Below, one piece after another: positions 18,300 through 27,752 of a stretch of 59,977 nucleotides of DNA. This DNA comes from Gammaproteobacteria bacterium (GTDB lineage Bacteria; Pseudomonadota; Gammaproteobacteria; SZUA-229). The stretch lies in NCBI GenBank assembly GCA_048550535.1, contig JBLYYN010000146.1, forward strand, positions 1-59,977, read 5' to 3'. The notes below the pieces were generated by a model. That model ran no database searches, had not been told where the DNA came from, and was given only the letters and a program-made list of their open reading frames with translations. The position numbers were made by a program, and so were the translations under genes. How positions within the stretch are numbered: position 1 is the first letter of the stretch; every line of letters starts with the position of its first letter.

Positions 18300-18815
18300 A
18301 TGACTAAACCAAGTGCTTATAGCCGTGAAGAACTCCTTAAATGTGGACACGGTGAATTGTTTGGACCGGGCAATGCGCAACTGCCTGTCCCCAACATGCT
18401 GATGATGGATCGTATTAGCCACATTTCTGAAGAAGGTGGTACATACGGCAAGGGAGAAATCCAGGCGGAACTGGATATAGATGCTAATTTGTGGTTTTTT
18501 GCATGCCACTTCCCCGGCGACCCTGTGATGCCAGGCTGCCTGGGTCTGGATGCTATGTGGCAACTGGTGGGTTTTTATCTTGGCTGGAAAGGCTTTGAAG
18601 GTAAAGGTCGTGCTCTGGGCGTGGGTGAAGTAAAATTTACCGGCCAGGTTTTACCCACCGCCAAAATCGTCAGTTATCAGATTAACCTTAAGCGTGTCAT
18701 CGCGCGCGGTCTGATTATGGGCATTGCCGATGGATCGGTATTCGTAGACGGCCGGGAAATATATACTGCAAAAGGTTTACGCGTAGGACTGTTCAAAAGC
18801 ACCGAAGACTTTTAG
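18300..18815 (+). CDS. fabA: 3-hydroxydecanoyl-ACP dehydratase/isomerase
   Basis: 171 aa from ATG 18300 ([38 protein letters not shown]). Active-site region [24 protein letters not shown]. Confidence 0.95.
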   Translation: MTKPSAYSREELLKCGHGELFGPGNAQLPVPNMLMMDRISHISEEGGTYGKGEIQAELDIDANLWFFACHFPGDPVMPGCLGLDAMWQLVGFYLGWKGFEGKGRALGVGEVKFTGQVLPTAKIVSYQINLKRVIARGLIMGIADGSVFVDGREIYTAKGLRVGLFKSTEDF

Positions 18816-18827
18816 GTAAGTATTAGA

Positions 18828-20048
18828 ATGAAACGAGTAGTGATCACCGGCCTGGGCATAGTGTCATGCCTGGGCAATGACAAACAGAGTGTTACTGAAT
18901 CTCTACGGGAAGGCAAATCCGGGATTCGCTTTCAGCAAGAGTACAAAGATATGGGCATGCGCAGTCATGTCGCCGGCAGCGTCGATATCGACGTTGATGC
19001 CCATATCGATCGCAAAGTGAAGCGATTCATGGGTGATGCAGCCGCTTATGCCTATATCGCCATGCAACAGGCGATTGATGATGCCAGCCTGACCGCGGAA
19101 CAGGTATCTAATCCCCGCGCGGGTCTGATTATGGGGTCCGGCGGTGGTTCTCCAGTCAACCAGATGAATGCCGTGGACATACTGCGCGAAAAAGGTATTC
19201 GTCGAGTCGGCCCCTATATGGTGCCTCGGGTGATGACCAGTACCGTTTCAGCCTGCCTGGCGACTCCATTCAAGATCAAGGGTGTCAACTACTCCATCAG
19301 CTCAGCCTGCGCCACCAGTACCCACTGTATTGGCAATGGTGTGGAAATGATCCAGATGGGCAAACAGGATATAGTGTTTGCCGGTGGCGGTGAAGAAGAA
19401 CACTGGACCTTAAGTATGCTGTTCGATGGCATGGGTGCCCTGTCTTCCAAATATAACGAGACGCCTGAAAAAGCCTCCCGTACCTATGATGCCAATCGCG
19501 ACGGATTTGTCATCGCCGGTGGCGGTGCCGTGGTGGTACTGGAAGAACTGGAACATGCCCTGAAACGTGGCGCTAAAATTTATGCCGAAGTCACCGGCTA
19601 CGGTGCCAATTCCGATGGCTTCGATATGGTGGCCCCATCCGGCGAAGGTGCAATACGCTGCATGCAGCTGGCCATGGCCGATCTGGATGTGCCCATCGAT
19701 TACATTAATACACACGGCACCAGCACACCTGTCGGTGATGTGAAAGAAATTGAAGCCATCCGCGAAGTGTTTGCCGGTCAAACCGTTCCCCCCATAAGCT
19801 CCAGTAAATCCCTGGCGGGACATTCACTAGGCGCAGCCGGTGCCCATGAAGTGATTTATTGCCTGCTGATGATGGAGAACAATTTCATCCAGGCCTCGGC
19901 CAATATCGAAACTATGGATGAAGCCGTCGCGGATATGCCCATCGTTACTCAGCGCGTAGACAATGCCGAGCTGAACACCGTACTCAGTAACAATTTCGGT
20001 TTTGGCGGCACCAATGCCTGCCTGGTGATGCAGAAATACAAAAGCTAA
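18828..20048 (+). CDS. fabB: 3-oxoacyl-ACP synthase I
   Basis: 406 aa. Active-site Cys in [10 protein letters not shown], His residues in NTHGTSTP and GHSLGAAG. It lies immediately downstream of fabA. Confidence 0.95.
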   Translation: MKRVVITGLGIVSCLGNDKQSVTESLREGKSGIRFQQEYKDMGMRSHVAGSVDIDVDAHIDRKVKRFMGDAAAYAYIAMQQAIDDASLTAEQVSNPRAGLIMGSGGGSPVNQMNAVDILREKGIRRVGPYMVPRVMTSTVSACLATPFKIKGVNYSISSACATSTHCIGNGVEMIQMGKQDIVFAGGGEEEHWTLSMLFDGMGALSSKYNETPEKASRTYDANRDGFVIAGGGAVVVLEELEHALKRGAKIYAEVTGYGANSDGFDMVAPSGEGAIRCMQLAMADLDVPIDYINTHGTSTPVGDVKEIEAIREVFAGQTVPPISSSKSLAGHSLGAAGAHEVIYCLLMMENNFIQASANIETMDEAVADMPIVTQRVDNAELNTVLSNNFGFGGTNACLVMQKYKS

Positions 20049-20060
20049 AGTAAAAAAATA

Positions 20061-20308
20061 CAAATGGTCACGCTTGCGCATCCTTGCGCTACGTGACATT
20101 AGTACATCTATGCACGTCAACGCGAATAAACGCCAATGTTTTGTTTATCCGCTGCAACGCCCAACACACAAACGCATTTGCTTTTAATTTGCGTGCATTC
20201 GCGTTGCCTGCATGGACGTAGGTAAGGGGCGTGAGCACGACTGCATGGATGCAGGAGGTAGAGTAACGCAGGAGCGGTTACCGAGGATGCGGAAGCTTTC
20301 ATTTGCGG
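20061..20308. repeat. Family-2 palindromic intergenic repeat, copy a
   Basis: The ends caaatgg... and ...catttgcgg are inverted. A core of about 64 nt (caaatggtcacgcttgcgcatccttgcgctacgtgacattagtacatctatgcacgtcaacgc) recurs reverse-complemented at 55709-55772 with about 6 mismatches. Confidence 0.55.
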
Positions 20309-20381
20309 ATTATCTTATCTTACCAAACCAGCTCACATCAAACGCTATGATTTCCCCTGCACTGCCAGTACACTGCACCCC

Positions 20382-21377
20382 ATGATCATTGACACAGACC
20401 CTGCTGAACAGGATTTTGCCGCCCTCACTCCGGACACCATCATAGAAGCTACCGAAAGCCTGGGACTGAGCTGTGATGCCCGCATATTCCCCCTGAACAG
20501 TTATGAAAATCGGGTTTACCAGATAGGACTGGACGAGCAGCTACCCGTTATTGGTAAATTCTACCGCCCTCACCGCTGGAGCAATGAACAAATCCTGGAG
20601 GAACACAGCTTCACCCAGGCCCTGGCCGATCTGGAAATTCCGGTGGTGCCCCCATTGCAATTTGATCAGCAAAGTTTGTTTGAATTCAGGCACTACCGCT
20701 TTGCCCTGTACCCACGACAGGGAGGTCGTAGTCCGGAACTGGATAATCCCGATAACCTGCGCTGGCTTGGCCGCTTTATAGGCCGTATCCACGCCATGGC
20801 CGGCAGTCAGCAGTTTCAATATAGACCCAGCATCGACCTGGCCAGTTTTGCCATTGAACCCAGCCAATTTCTGTTATCGGAACAGTTCATCCCGGACTAT
20901 CTGGAACCGGCCTATCGAACCCTGGTGGATGATCTGATCCAGCTGATCAAGCAACGACTGGACTCGGTCAGTTATCGTTCCATCCGGCTTCATGGTGACT
21001 GCCACCCGGGTAACATTCTGTGGACCGACCAGGGTCCACACTTCGTCGATTTCGATGACAGCCGTATGGGTCCAGCGATTCAGGACCTGTGGATGCTATT
21101 GTCGGGTCACGATGACGAACAACGACAACAGCTGGATATTCTGCTCGATGGCTATTATGAATTCGCCGATATGAACCCCGCAGAAACCCGTCTCATCGAA
21201 GCCTTACGCAGCTTACGCCTGATTCACTATGCCGGCTGGCTGGCCCGGCGCTGGAGCGACCCTACCTTTCCGCTCAATTTCCCCTGGTTCAACACCCCCA
21301 ACTACTGGGAGCAGCACATTCTTGAGTTGAGAGAGCAATATGCCCAGCTACAGGACAATGAATCTTTTCAGTTTTGA
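20382..21377 (+). CDS. srkA: Stress-response Ser/Thr kinase, YihE/RdoA/SrkA family
   Basis: 331 aa. SYENRVYQIGL, GKFYRP and catalytic LHGDCHPGNILW ... VDFDD. Confidence 0.85.
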   Translation: MIIDTDPAEQDFAALTPDTIIEATESLGLSCDARIFPLNSYENRVYQIGLDEQLPVIGKFYRPHRWSNEQILEEHSFTQALADLEIPVVPPLQFDQQSLFEFRHYRFALYPRQGGRSPELDNPDNLRWLGRFIGRIHAMAGSQQFQYRPSIDLASFAIEPSQFLLSEQFIPDYLEPAYRTLVDDLIQLIKQRLDSVSYRSIRLHGDCHPGNILWTDQGPHFVDFDDSRMGPAIQDLWMLLSGHDDEQRQQLDILLDGYYEFADMNPAETRLIEALRSLRLIHYAGWLARRWSDPTFPLNFPWFNTPNYWEQHILELREQYAQLQDNESFQF

Positions 21378-21485
21378 AAAATTCCAGTCATTTCAGGATA
21401 AGGATTAGAATAATCCTATAAATTACTGTATTTTTTAGATAAAACAGCTAGAATAATTAAAAAATCACGTTTACGGCTTGTGCTG

Positions 21486-21911
21486 ATGATCAAAAAACCC
21501 TGCTATCAAACCCTGCTTGTTTTGAGCATACTGATGACTTTTCCGGCCTTTGCAGATCGACCTGCCGCCATGGAAGAGCCCTATGCTCCCCCGGCCAATA
21601 ACCAGCCTAAAGAAACCATCGTGGATGATAGCGGGCGTCCAGCCGCTGAAACGATACCGGCCCCAGTACCAGCACCCGTAGTTCAACAACGCCAACGCGG
21701 TGATGTACTCAACATGCAGGCCAAACCGATGATGGTCAAAACCCTGGATTTCCCTCGGCGTGGCATGACCCAGGACAAAGTACAAAACGAACTGGGGCGG
21801 CCACTGGAAATCATTCCCGCTATTGGCAAACCACCGATCACCCGCTGGGTATATAACGACCGTATTGTGTACTTTGAATACTCATCCGTGGTCCATGTGG
21901 TGGCCAAATAA
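21486..21911 (+). CDS. Secreted hypothetical protein with Pro/Ala-rich linker
   Basis: Signal peptide MIKKPCYQTLLVLSILMTFPAFA. The C-terminal part (GMTQDKVQNELGRP ... WVYNDRIVYFEYSSVVHVV) looks BamE/SmpA-like. An alternative GTG start lies at 21480. Confidence 0.6.
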   Translation: MIKKPCYQTLLVLSILMTFPAFADRPAAMEEPYAPPANNQPKETIVDDSGRPAAETIPAPVPAPVVQQRQRGDVLNMQAKPMMVKTLDFPRRGMTQDKVQNELGRPLEIIPAIGKPPITRWVYNDRIVYFEYSSVVHVVAK

Positions 21912-21938
21912 TCCAGCCTGAAGCCATCCACGGTTAGC

Positions 21939-22853
21939 ATGTTTACCATGCTCGATTACTCAAAGTTACAACTGCCTTCCCCCATTCAGTCACTCTCCAG
22001 TGACTTCCTCGATCAGCATGCTATAAAGCTGTGGGTCAAACGTGATGACCTGATACACCCCATTATCCAGGGTAATAAGTGGCGCAAGCTGAAATACAAT
22101 CTACAACAGGCACGAGAGGAGCGTCAGCACACACTACTCAGTTTTGGTGGCGCCTATTCCAACCATATCCATGCCCTGGCGGCAGCGGGTGAGCTATTCG
22201 GCTTCAATACCATTGGCATCATCCGTGGCGAAGCCCAGCAGCCTCTGAATCCCACACTGCAGGATGTCTCCGATCGAGGCATGCAACTGGGTTATCTGCC
22301 CCGTACCGAGTACCGCCACAAAACATCAGCAGACATTTTACAGCGCCTGAAACAGCAGTATGGCGGTTTCTACCTGATCCCGGAGGGTGGCAGCAATGTA
22401 CTGGCAGTTAAGGGTGCAGCAGAAATCATCCATGAGCTGGATCAGGCGTTTGACCTGATATGTATCGCCTGCGGCACCGGCGCCACACTGGCAGGTTTGA
22501 TCACCGGGATGAATCATCGCTCTCAATTGCTAGGCTTTTCCGCCCTCAAAGGGGCTGATTTTTTATATGACGATATTACTAAGCTGTTGCAACAATCCAA
22601 GCACCAGTATTATCACAACTGGTCATTAAATCTGGATTACCATTTTGGTGGCTTCGGCAAAACACAGCCTGAATTATTTGATTTCATCGACCAGTTTCAA
22701 CAGGAGTATGGGATAGCACTGGAACCGGTGTATACCGGGAAAATGTTTTATGGCCTATTCGATTTAATCGCCCAGGGCCATTTCAAGCCGGGCACTCGCA
22801 TCCTGGCCATCCATAGCGGGGGCCTGCAGGGCTTAAGAGGTTTTAGTCGCTGA
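21939..22853 (+). CDS. PLP-dependent ACC deaminase / D-cysteine desulfhydrase family protein
   Basis: 304 aa. PLP-lysine motif QGNKWRKLKYNL, plus GGAYSNH and IHSGG. Confidence 0.8.
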   Translation: MFTMLDYSKLQLPSPIQSLSSDFLDQHAIKLWVKRDDLIHPIIQGNKWRKLKYNLQQAREERQHTLLSFGGAYSNHIHALAAAGELFGFNTIGIIRGEAQQPLNPTLQDVSDRGMQLGYLPRTEYRHKTSADILQRLKQQYGGFYLIPEGGSNVLAVKGAAEIIHELDQAFDLICIACGTGATLAGLITGMNHRSQLLGFSALKGADFLYDDITKLLQQSKHQYYHNWSLNLDYHFGGFGKTQPELFDFIDQFQQEYGIALEPVYTGKMFYGLFDLIAQGHFKPGTRILAIHSGGLQGLRGFSR

Positions 22854-22985
22854 TCTCGCATGACCTGTTTAAATCTGAACTTAATTGCAACTCGTCATGT
22901 GCTTTTATCAGTTCTCAGCCAGTATGAGCTGCTTGATCATTTCTGAGATAAGTTTGTTGTTTAATAACCTCTATACTTTTTTAGG

Positions 22986-23517
22986 CATTGGTTTCGCCCG
23001 CTAGCGAGTTACTTCTTTGTCTCCAGCAACAAAGAAGATAACCAAGAAAATGCCGCCCCGGGTCGCAAGCCACTATGCACAAAACGCATAGCGGTGCCTT
23101 CGTCACTCATAATTTATGAGGCTGCTGCGGAACTCACGAATTACAAACAGCGTAATTCGCTCAAACATCCTCGCAGACAACCCCTCATAAATCACTCACT
23201 CCTCAGCTTACTCCAGAGGGGATGGTTAAAAGCACGTGGTTTGGATTTTCGCTCTTTAACCCCCTTTGCAGTTTACTGGGCATTGTTGATCTATAGGGTA
23301 AATCCGCCAGGGATGGTGGATTTAGTTTTGTTGAGCAGGGATGCGAATCAAAACGACCCGACAATGAAACTATATAAAGTAATTCTTGGGAAAAACTAAA
23401 TAAGCAGTAGTTAACAATGCCCAGGTACCCGCAGGGTAAACTGCCTTGGGGCGGCTTTTTTTGGTTACTTTTTTCAGCTGATGGAAAAAAGTGACTCGCC
23501 AGCGGGCGAAACCAATG
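22986..23517 (+). mobile_element. MITE-like repeat, family 1, copy C (most compact copy)
   Basis: 532 bp. The left end cattggtttcgcccgctagcgagttac and right end gtgactcgccagcgggcgaaaccaatg are inverted repeats of about 27 nt. Each is followed inward by a short hairpin (cttctttgt..acaaagaag and cttttttcagctgatggaaaaaag). Confidence 0.65.
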
Positions 23518-23684
23518 TCAAAAACCAGCCCATAAATAAAAAAAGAATCCATAGTGGCCGATGAGTTCAAAATAGCTGATTTTAAACATCAGCTTTAACT
23601 TGTTTAAACTCATCAAGCCAAATTCATGCCTACTCGCCTCATGGTATTAGCTGTAAACATCTGCAGAAAAATATATCTGGTCAT

Positions 23685-24491
23685 TCAGAAAGACGAGTCG
23701 TCTTCATCTTCTGTTTCACCGGTTGCTTCTTCCAGCTCACGATAGGCATCCGCTTGATCACCGGCAAAGGCGGCAAAATCACTGAAATCGGCTTTTAGCT
23801 GGTCGGATAATTCCGTTTGATCGACCCGGTTGCCATCGAAACTGACCAGCTGATTGGCTTCCAGATCAAACTGTTTCTTATATTCTACAAACTCTTTTTG
23901 CAGGTTTTGCTGGTAATCCTTGAACTCCTTGTCCAGGGCATCGGCTTTGTCCTGCATTTGCTGTTTGAAGGCATCAAACTCATCAGCCTGCAGCTTTTTG
24001 TGGATAGCATAGTCTTCACCGGGAGATTCGATGTTCAGCTTACCGTCTTCCAGAGCCACGCCTTTGCCATCTTCATTATCATAGACGATAAAGGTGGTCC
24101 CTCGCACACCGATGGTGGCAAAATTGGTTCTCACCTGACGTGAAGACTGGGTACCAAATACTTTGCGGAAAATATAATAAACCTTGCCTCCTAACTGGGA
24201 GATCCAGCCCGACTCTTCCAACCTAAGACTGCTTTTTTCATTCAGTACCGACAGCGCGCCATCACCCAGTTGCACCACTGCACGGGAATTTTTTCGAGTA
24301 ACCACAGTATCCCGACTGCTGAGCAGAAATTTATTTTTCTCAGGATTGCGTTGTTCACCTTTGTGATTGATGACATAAACTTCACCCTGAATTTTCACGA
24401 TGCGACCACGAAACTCCTCGGCATTGACAGAGGAAAAACCCAGTGTCAAAGCCACAATAACAGACAATATTCGTTTTATTGTACGTTCCAT
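23685..24491 (-). CDS. Secreted FecR-domain protein with C-terminal coiled-coil and acidic tail
   Basis: I prefer the start at MERTIKRIL (24491). It has a signal peptide ending SSVNA and a FecR-like beta region (GRIVKIQGEVYVINHKGE ... TVVTRKNSRAVVQLGDGALSVL). The C-terminus is a K/E/Q-rich helix ending EDEDDSSF. Confidence 0.7.
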   Translation of the reverse strand: MERTIKRILSVIVALTLGFSSVNAEEFRGRIVKIQGEVYVINHKGEQRNPEKNKFLLSSRDTVVTRKNSRAVVQLGDGALSVLNEKSSLRLEESGWISQLGGKVYYIFRKVFGTQSSRQVRTNFATIGVRGTTFIVYDNEDGKGVALEDGKLNIESPGEDYAIHKKLQADEFDAFKQQMQDKADALDKEFKDYQQNLQKEFVEYKKQFDLEANQLVSFDGNRVDQTELSDQLKADFSDFAAFAGDQADAYRELEEATGETEDEDDSSF

Positions 24492-24580
24492 CAAAAGTCC
24501 CCTGGCCGTTAAAAATCTCTCTAGATGATAGCTGACATTCACACAGAAAATAAGCAACACATCACAAAGCCTGAGCCGAT

Positions 24581-25315
24581 TCAGGGATTTACCTGGGGCA
24601 AGGAAGATGACTGTAACCAGTCAGACAAATTTTGTGGCATGGGATATTGTTCATGTTGCCGTTGAAACGCTGCCAGTTCCGTAGTCAGTGCATCGAACCT
24701 GTTTTCCATCAGTAGCTGCTGACAGTGCAGCAACCATAACTCGGGATCACTCCGCCAGGGCTTTGCTGGCTCTGCGCCCATCCGCCCCTCTTCCTGCATC
24801 ATGAGTTCAGTATTTGGAACAGCCATATCATAGCCCTGAACTTCAGTGGCTAAGGGCGCCTGGGCTGGCTCTGGTGACATTGCCGGTAATGCCTGCCTGG
24901 CTCTGGTTTCAACTTTGTTCACCCTTTTCATCTGCTGCCGGGATAAATTTTCCCTATCAACGTTGCGACCGGGGCTGATGCCCGATACTGTGCTTTCGAC
25001 TTCTGGCACAATGGCCTTAGCAGCAGGAGCCACGCGCTCTTCAATCAACCGGGATGGCTCTGTCTGAATTAGCTCAGGTTGCAGACTCACTTCGATAATC
25101 ACACTGACAGCCAGTACCAGAACCGCCGCATAGGCCAGGGAATGTAGCCAGATATTACGTACAGATGCTTTGCCTGGCTCAGCCTCATCCACGGCTCGAT
25201 GAGCGGCCGCCATGATCTGTCGGTCTAAGCTTGCCGGTGGCTGTTCCGTAGATAAGGACCGATACAGTTGATCGATTTTCTGCTCCACGGATGGATCTGT
25301 ATCATGTTCAGTCAT
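24581..25315 (-). CDS. Putative anti-sigma factor (single-pass membrane protein)
   Basis: 244 aa. Its ATG overlaps the sigma-factor stop (ATGA). The N-terminal cytoplasmic segment contains PPASLDRQIMAAAHR, and there is one TM segment (LAYAAVLVLAVSVIIEV). No HxxxCxxC zinc motif is present. Confidence 0.6.
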   Translation of the reverse strand: MTEHDTDPSVEQKIDQLYRSLSTEQPPASLDRQIMAAAHRAVDEAEPGKASVRNIWLHSLAYAAVLVLAVSVIIEVSLQPELIQTEPSRLIEERVAPAAKAIVPEVESTVSGISPGRNVDRENLSRQQMKRVNKVETRARQALPAMSPEPAQAPLATEVQGYDMAVPNTELMMQEEGRMGAEPAKPWRSDPELWLLHCQQLLMENRFDALTTELAAFQRQHEQYPMPQNLSDWLQSSSLPQVNP

Positions 25316-25875
25316 GGGCTTTCCAATACCGCCTCGCGTAATCGTTTCATGGCATAACGTAACCGGCTTTTCACCGTCTCTCGATTCACCCCAGTGATCT
25401 CAGCTATCTGTTCAAGACTCAACGCCGCTTCCTGCTGCAACAGGAATGCCGTTCGCTGCTGTTCCGGTAACGCTGTGATCAACTGTTTCAGTTGTAGTTG
25501 TTGCTGCTGTTGCTGCAAGTGTTGCTCAGGTAGCTCGCTAGTATCCGAGACCTCATCAGCTAATGGCTCATTGACTATTTTACGGCTGCGCCAGTAATCG
25601 ATCAGGTGGTTATAGGTGATACGGTACAGATATGTGGTAAATTTTGCCGAGGGCTGATAACGATCCCGGGCATTAATCAATTTTAACCAGATGTCCTGAA
25701 ACAGTTCATTGAGGGATTCCTCCTGATGACCCGTTAAACGTATCAGATAACGATACAGGCGGGCCCGGTGACGGCTATACAACACATCAAAAGCCTCAGC
25801 CTGTCCCTTCTGATAGGCCTGCATCAAGGCTTCATCACTCCAGCTTTGCAGCGGGCCCGCCTTCCTGGCGGGCAT
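25312..25875 (-). CDS. ECF (group IV) RNA polymerase sigma-70 factor
   Basis: Sigma-2 region (FDVLYSRHRARLYRYLIRLTG ... QDIWLKLI) and sigma-4 region (LPEQQRTAFLLQQEAALSLEQIAEITGVNRETVKSRLRYAMKRLRE), joined by a poly-Gln linker. I prefer the ATG start at 25875. The ORF can extend to TTG 25893. Confidence 0.88.
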   Translation of the reverse strand: MPARKAGPLQSWSDEALMQAYQKGQAEAFDVLYSRHRARLYRYLIRLTGHQEESLNELFQDIWLKLINARDRYQPSAKFTTYLYRITYNHLIDYWRSRKIVNEPLADEVSDTSELPEQHLQQQQQQLQLKQLITALPEQQRTAFLLQQEAALSLEQIAEITGVNRETVKSRLRYAMKRLREAVLESP

Positions 25876-25889
25876 CAAATGTAGAAGTT

Positions 25890-27614
25890 TCAATTCAAAG
25901 TCTTTGCCAGTGCCACCAGTTGTATAAATTCGCCGCGATAAGCATTAAGGTCTTTACCCCGTGACTGCCTTGCCAGAGACAGAATATCATCATAATCGAA
26001 GTCTTCCATATACGTACCACCTCTTAGCTGCTGCCCAAATGCCGCCACCGCTGCAGCAAAACGAAAACGTTCACTGGTTTGATTCAGTTGTTTCTGTATA
26101 TCTGATGTCATAACCCCATGCTCTAGTAGCTGACTGCTGTCCTGGTTGGGTCGTTTGTATCTTAAGCGCACATAAGCCAGTTCTTCGCCATGAGTGGCTG
26201 GTGCCCTGATAGAGGCTGCCTGATAACGCAAATCATCGATGCGCTGACCGGCACTGCCGGTCAGGGTAATTTCATACAGGGCCGTTACCGTATGTCCGGC
26301 ACCAATATCACCGGCATCCACTTTATCATTATTGAAATCTTCACGATTCAGGTGGCGATTTTCATAACCGATTAAACGATACTCTGTTACCTGTGCCGGA
26401 TTAAATTCCACCTGGATTTTCACATCTCTGGCAATAATATTCAAAGTGGCGGCCATTTGCTCCACCAACACCTTACGCGCCTCTTTCAGGGTGTCGATAT
26501 AGCTGTAATTGCCATTGCCTACATCGGCCAGTTGTTCCAGCAAATGATCGTTATAGTTACCCCGGCCAAATCCCAGGGTACTCAGGGCAATACCCTGTTG
26601 ACGTTTGTCAGCCACCATCTGTTTTAAGGTTTCAAAATGGGTAACACCCACATTGAAATCACCATCGGTGGCGAGCAAGATACGATTAATACCTCCCTTG
26701 ATAAAGCCTTTGGCGGCCATCTGGTAGGCCAGCTCAATACCCGAGGCACCGTTGGTAGAACCCCCGGCAGCAAGCTTATCCAGAGCCAAATTAATGACCA
26801 TATGCTGGTCACCCGTGGTGGAATCCAGCACCACGCCAGAAGCACCGGCATACACCACCATGGCCATTCGATCATTCTTATCCAGTTGTTTTACCAGTAG
26901 TTTCAGGCCGGATTTCAACAAGGGTAGTTTGTCCTGGCTTTGCATGGAGCCGGACACATCAATCAAAAACACCAGATTGGCCGGTGGCAATTGCGAGTCA
27001 TCCTGAACATAACCCTGAAGTCCGATATGTAACAGCTGTGTATGTTTATTCCAGGGTGTCGCCGCCACTTCGGTGGTGACTGTAAACGGCTGGTCTTTTA
27101 CATGGGAACTGGGGTAGTCGTAACTGAAATAATTGATCAACTCCTCGGTGCGTATAGCATCGGCGACCGGCAACTGGCCCTGATTCAGCATACGACGCAT
27201 ATTGGAATAAGCCCCGGTATCGACATCGATACTGAAGGTAGACACCGGCTGTTCACTGACTTTATGTAATGGATTATCGCTAAAATGGGCATAATTTTCC
27301 CGATTCTCATACTCGGGTAACGGCATTCTATAATCCTGGATATAACTTCGACCCATCATATTCGCGGCCTGATCATAGGCTTTTCGTTTATGCTCCTGGG
27401 CCTGTACCAGGCTGGACTCGGCTAATGGCAAAGGCGCCGGGCTTATCACCCCTGGCTGGTGTTGGGTCCTATCCGGTTTTACTGCTTGCACCTGACTCAC
27501 CAACTCTTCAGATGACTTAGGGGATGGCTCCTCCAGCAGCGCCTGGTCGCTATTCTTATTACAGGCCTGCATTAGCAGCAACACCAGTGATAAAGTGATA
27601 ATTCTTGTGTTCAT
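25890..27614 (-). CDS. YfbK-like von Willebrand factor A domain lipoprotein
   Basis: 574 aa. Signal peptide ending LLMQAC and an N-terminal FSIDVDTGAYSNMRRML region. The vWA domain has the MIDAS motif FLIDVSGSM ... GGSTNG ... LATDGD, followed by a large C-terminal domain as in E. coli YfbK. Confidence 0.85.
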   Translation of the reverse strand: MNTRIITLSLVLLLMQACNKNSDQALLEEPSPKSSEELVSQVQAVKPDRTQHQPGVISPAPLPLAESSLVQAQEHKRKAYDQAANMMGRSYIQDYRMPLPEYENRENYAHFSDNPLHKVSEQPVSTFSIDVDTGAYSNMRRMLNQGQLPVADAIRTEELINYFSYDYPSSHVKDQPFTVTTEVAATPWNKHTQLLHIGLQGYVQDDSQLPPANLVFLIDVSGSMQSQDKLPLLKSGLKLLVKQLDKNDRMAMVVYAGASGVVLDSTTGDQHMVINLALDKLAAGGSTNGASGIELAYQMAAKGFIKGGINRILLATDGDFNVGVTHFETLKQMVADKRQQGIALSTLGFGRGNYNDHLLEQLADVGNGNYSYIDTLKEARKVLVEQMAATLNIIARDVKIQVEFNPAQVTEYRLIGYENRHLNREDFNNDKVDAGDIGAGHTVTALYEITLTGSAGQRIDDLRYQAASIRAPATHGEELAYVRLRYKRPNQDSSQLLEHGVMTSDIQKQLNQTSERFRFAAAVAAFGQQLRGGTYMEDFDYDDILSLARQSRGKDLNAYRGEFIQLVALAKTLN

Positions 27615-27621
27615 GACTGAT

Positions 27622-27649
27622 CTCCGTTGTGTTTATTAGTTAAACGGAG
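27622..27649 (-). promoter_or_regulatory. 5'-UTR hairpin able to sequester the Shine-Dalgarno of the vWA/ECF operon
   Basis: On the minus-strand mRNA, CTCCGTT (27649-27643) pairs perfectly with AACGGAG (27628-22) around a 14-nt loop. The GGAG of the 3' arm sits 7 nt before the ATG at 27614. Confidence 0.4.
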
Positions 27650-27691
27650 CCAGCTGAAGAACGGGGTTAAAAATCGGAAAATATTTTTTAC

Positions 27692-27724
27692 AACAAAAAA
27701 CCGGGGCCTTTGCGGGCCCCGGTT
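27692..27724 (-). terminator. Rho-independent terminator of the 29845-27753 two-gene operon
   Basis: GC-rich stem aaccggggcc / ggccccggtt (27699-27724). On the minus strand it is followed by TTTTTTGTTG. It starts 29 nt after the stop at 27753. Confidence 0.75.
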
Positions 27725-27752
27725 ATTATATGACTAAACTTAAACTATGAGT

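Noticed and set aside
19827-20120. ORFs 19827-20120, 20117-20302 and 55656-55838 overlapping the family-2 repeats
   Set aside because: They share peptide strings (MSRSAR.R) only because the same DNA repeat is read. One of them runs antisense into fabB. Nothing supports them as coding.
25440-25520. Poly-glutamine tract (QQQQQQLQLKQ) in the ECF sigma linker as a possible slippage or phase-variation site
   Set aside because: It is encoded by mixed CAA/CAG/CTG codons rather than a pure repeat, so slipped-strand variation is unlikely.
27650-27698. ECF-type autoregulated promoter upstream of the vWA/ECF operon
   Set aside because: An AAC...CGT pair exists (TAACCCCGTTCTTCAGCTGGCTCCGTT), but the spacing of about 19 nt is longer than the usual 16-17. 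This is not convincing without a group-specific motif.
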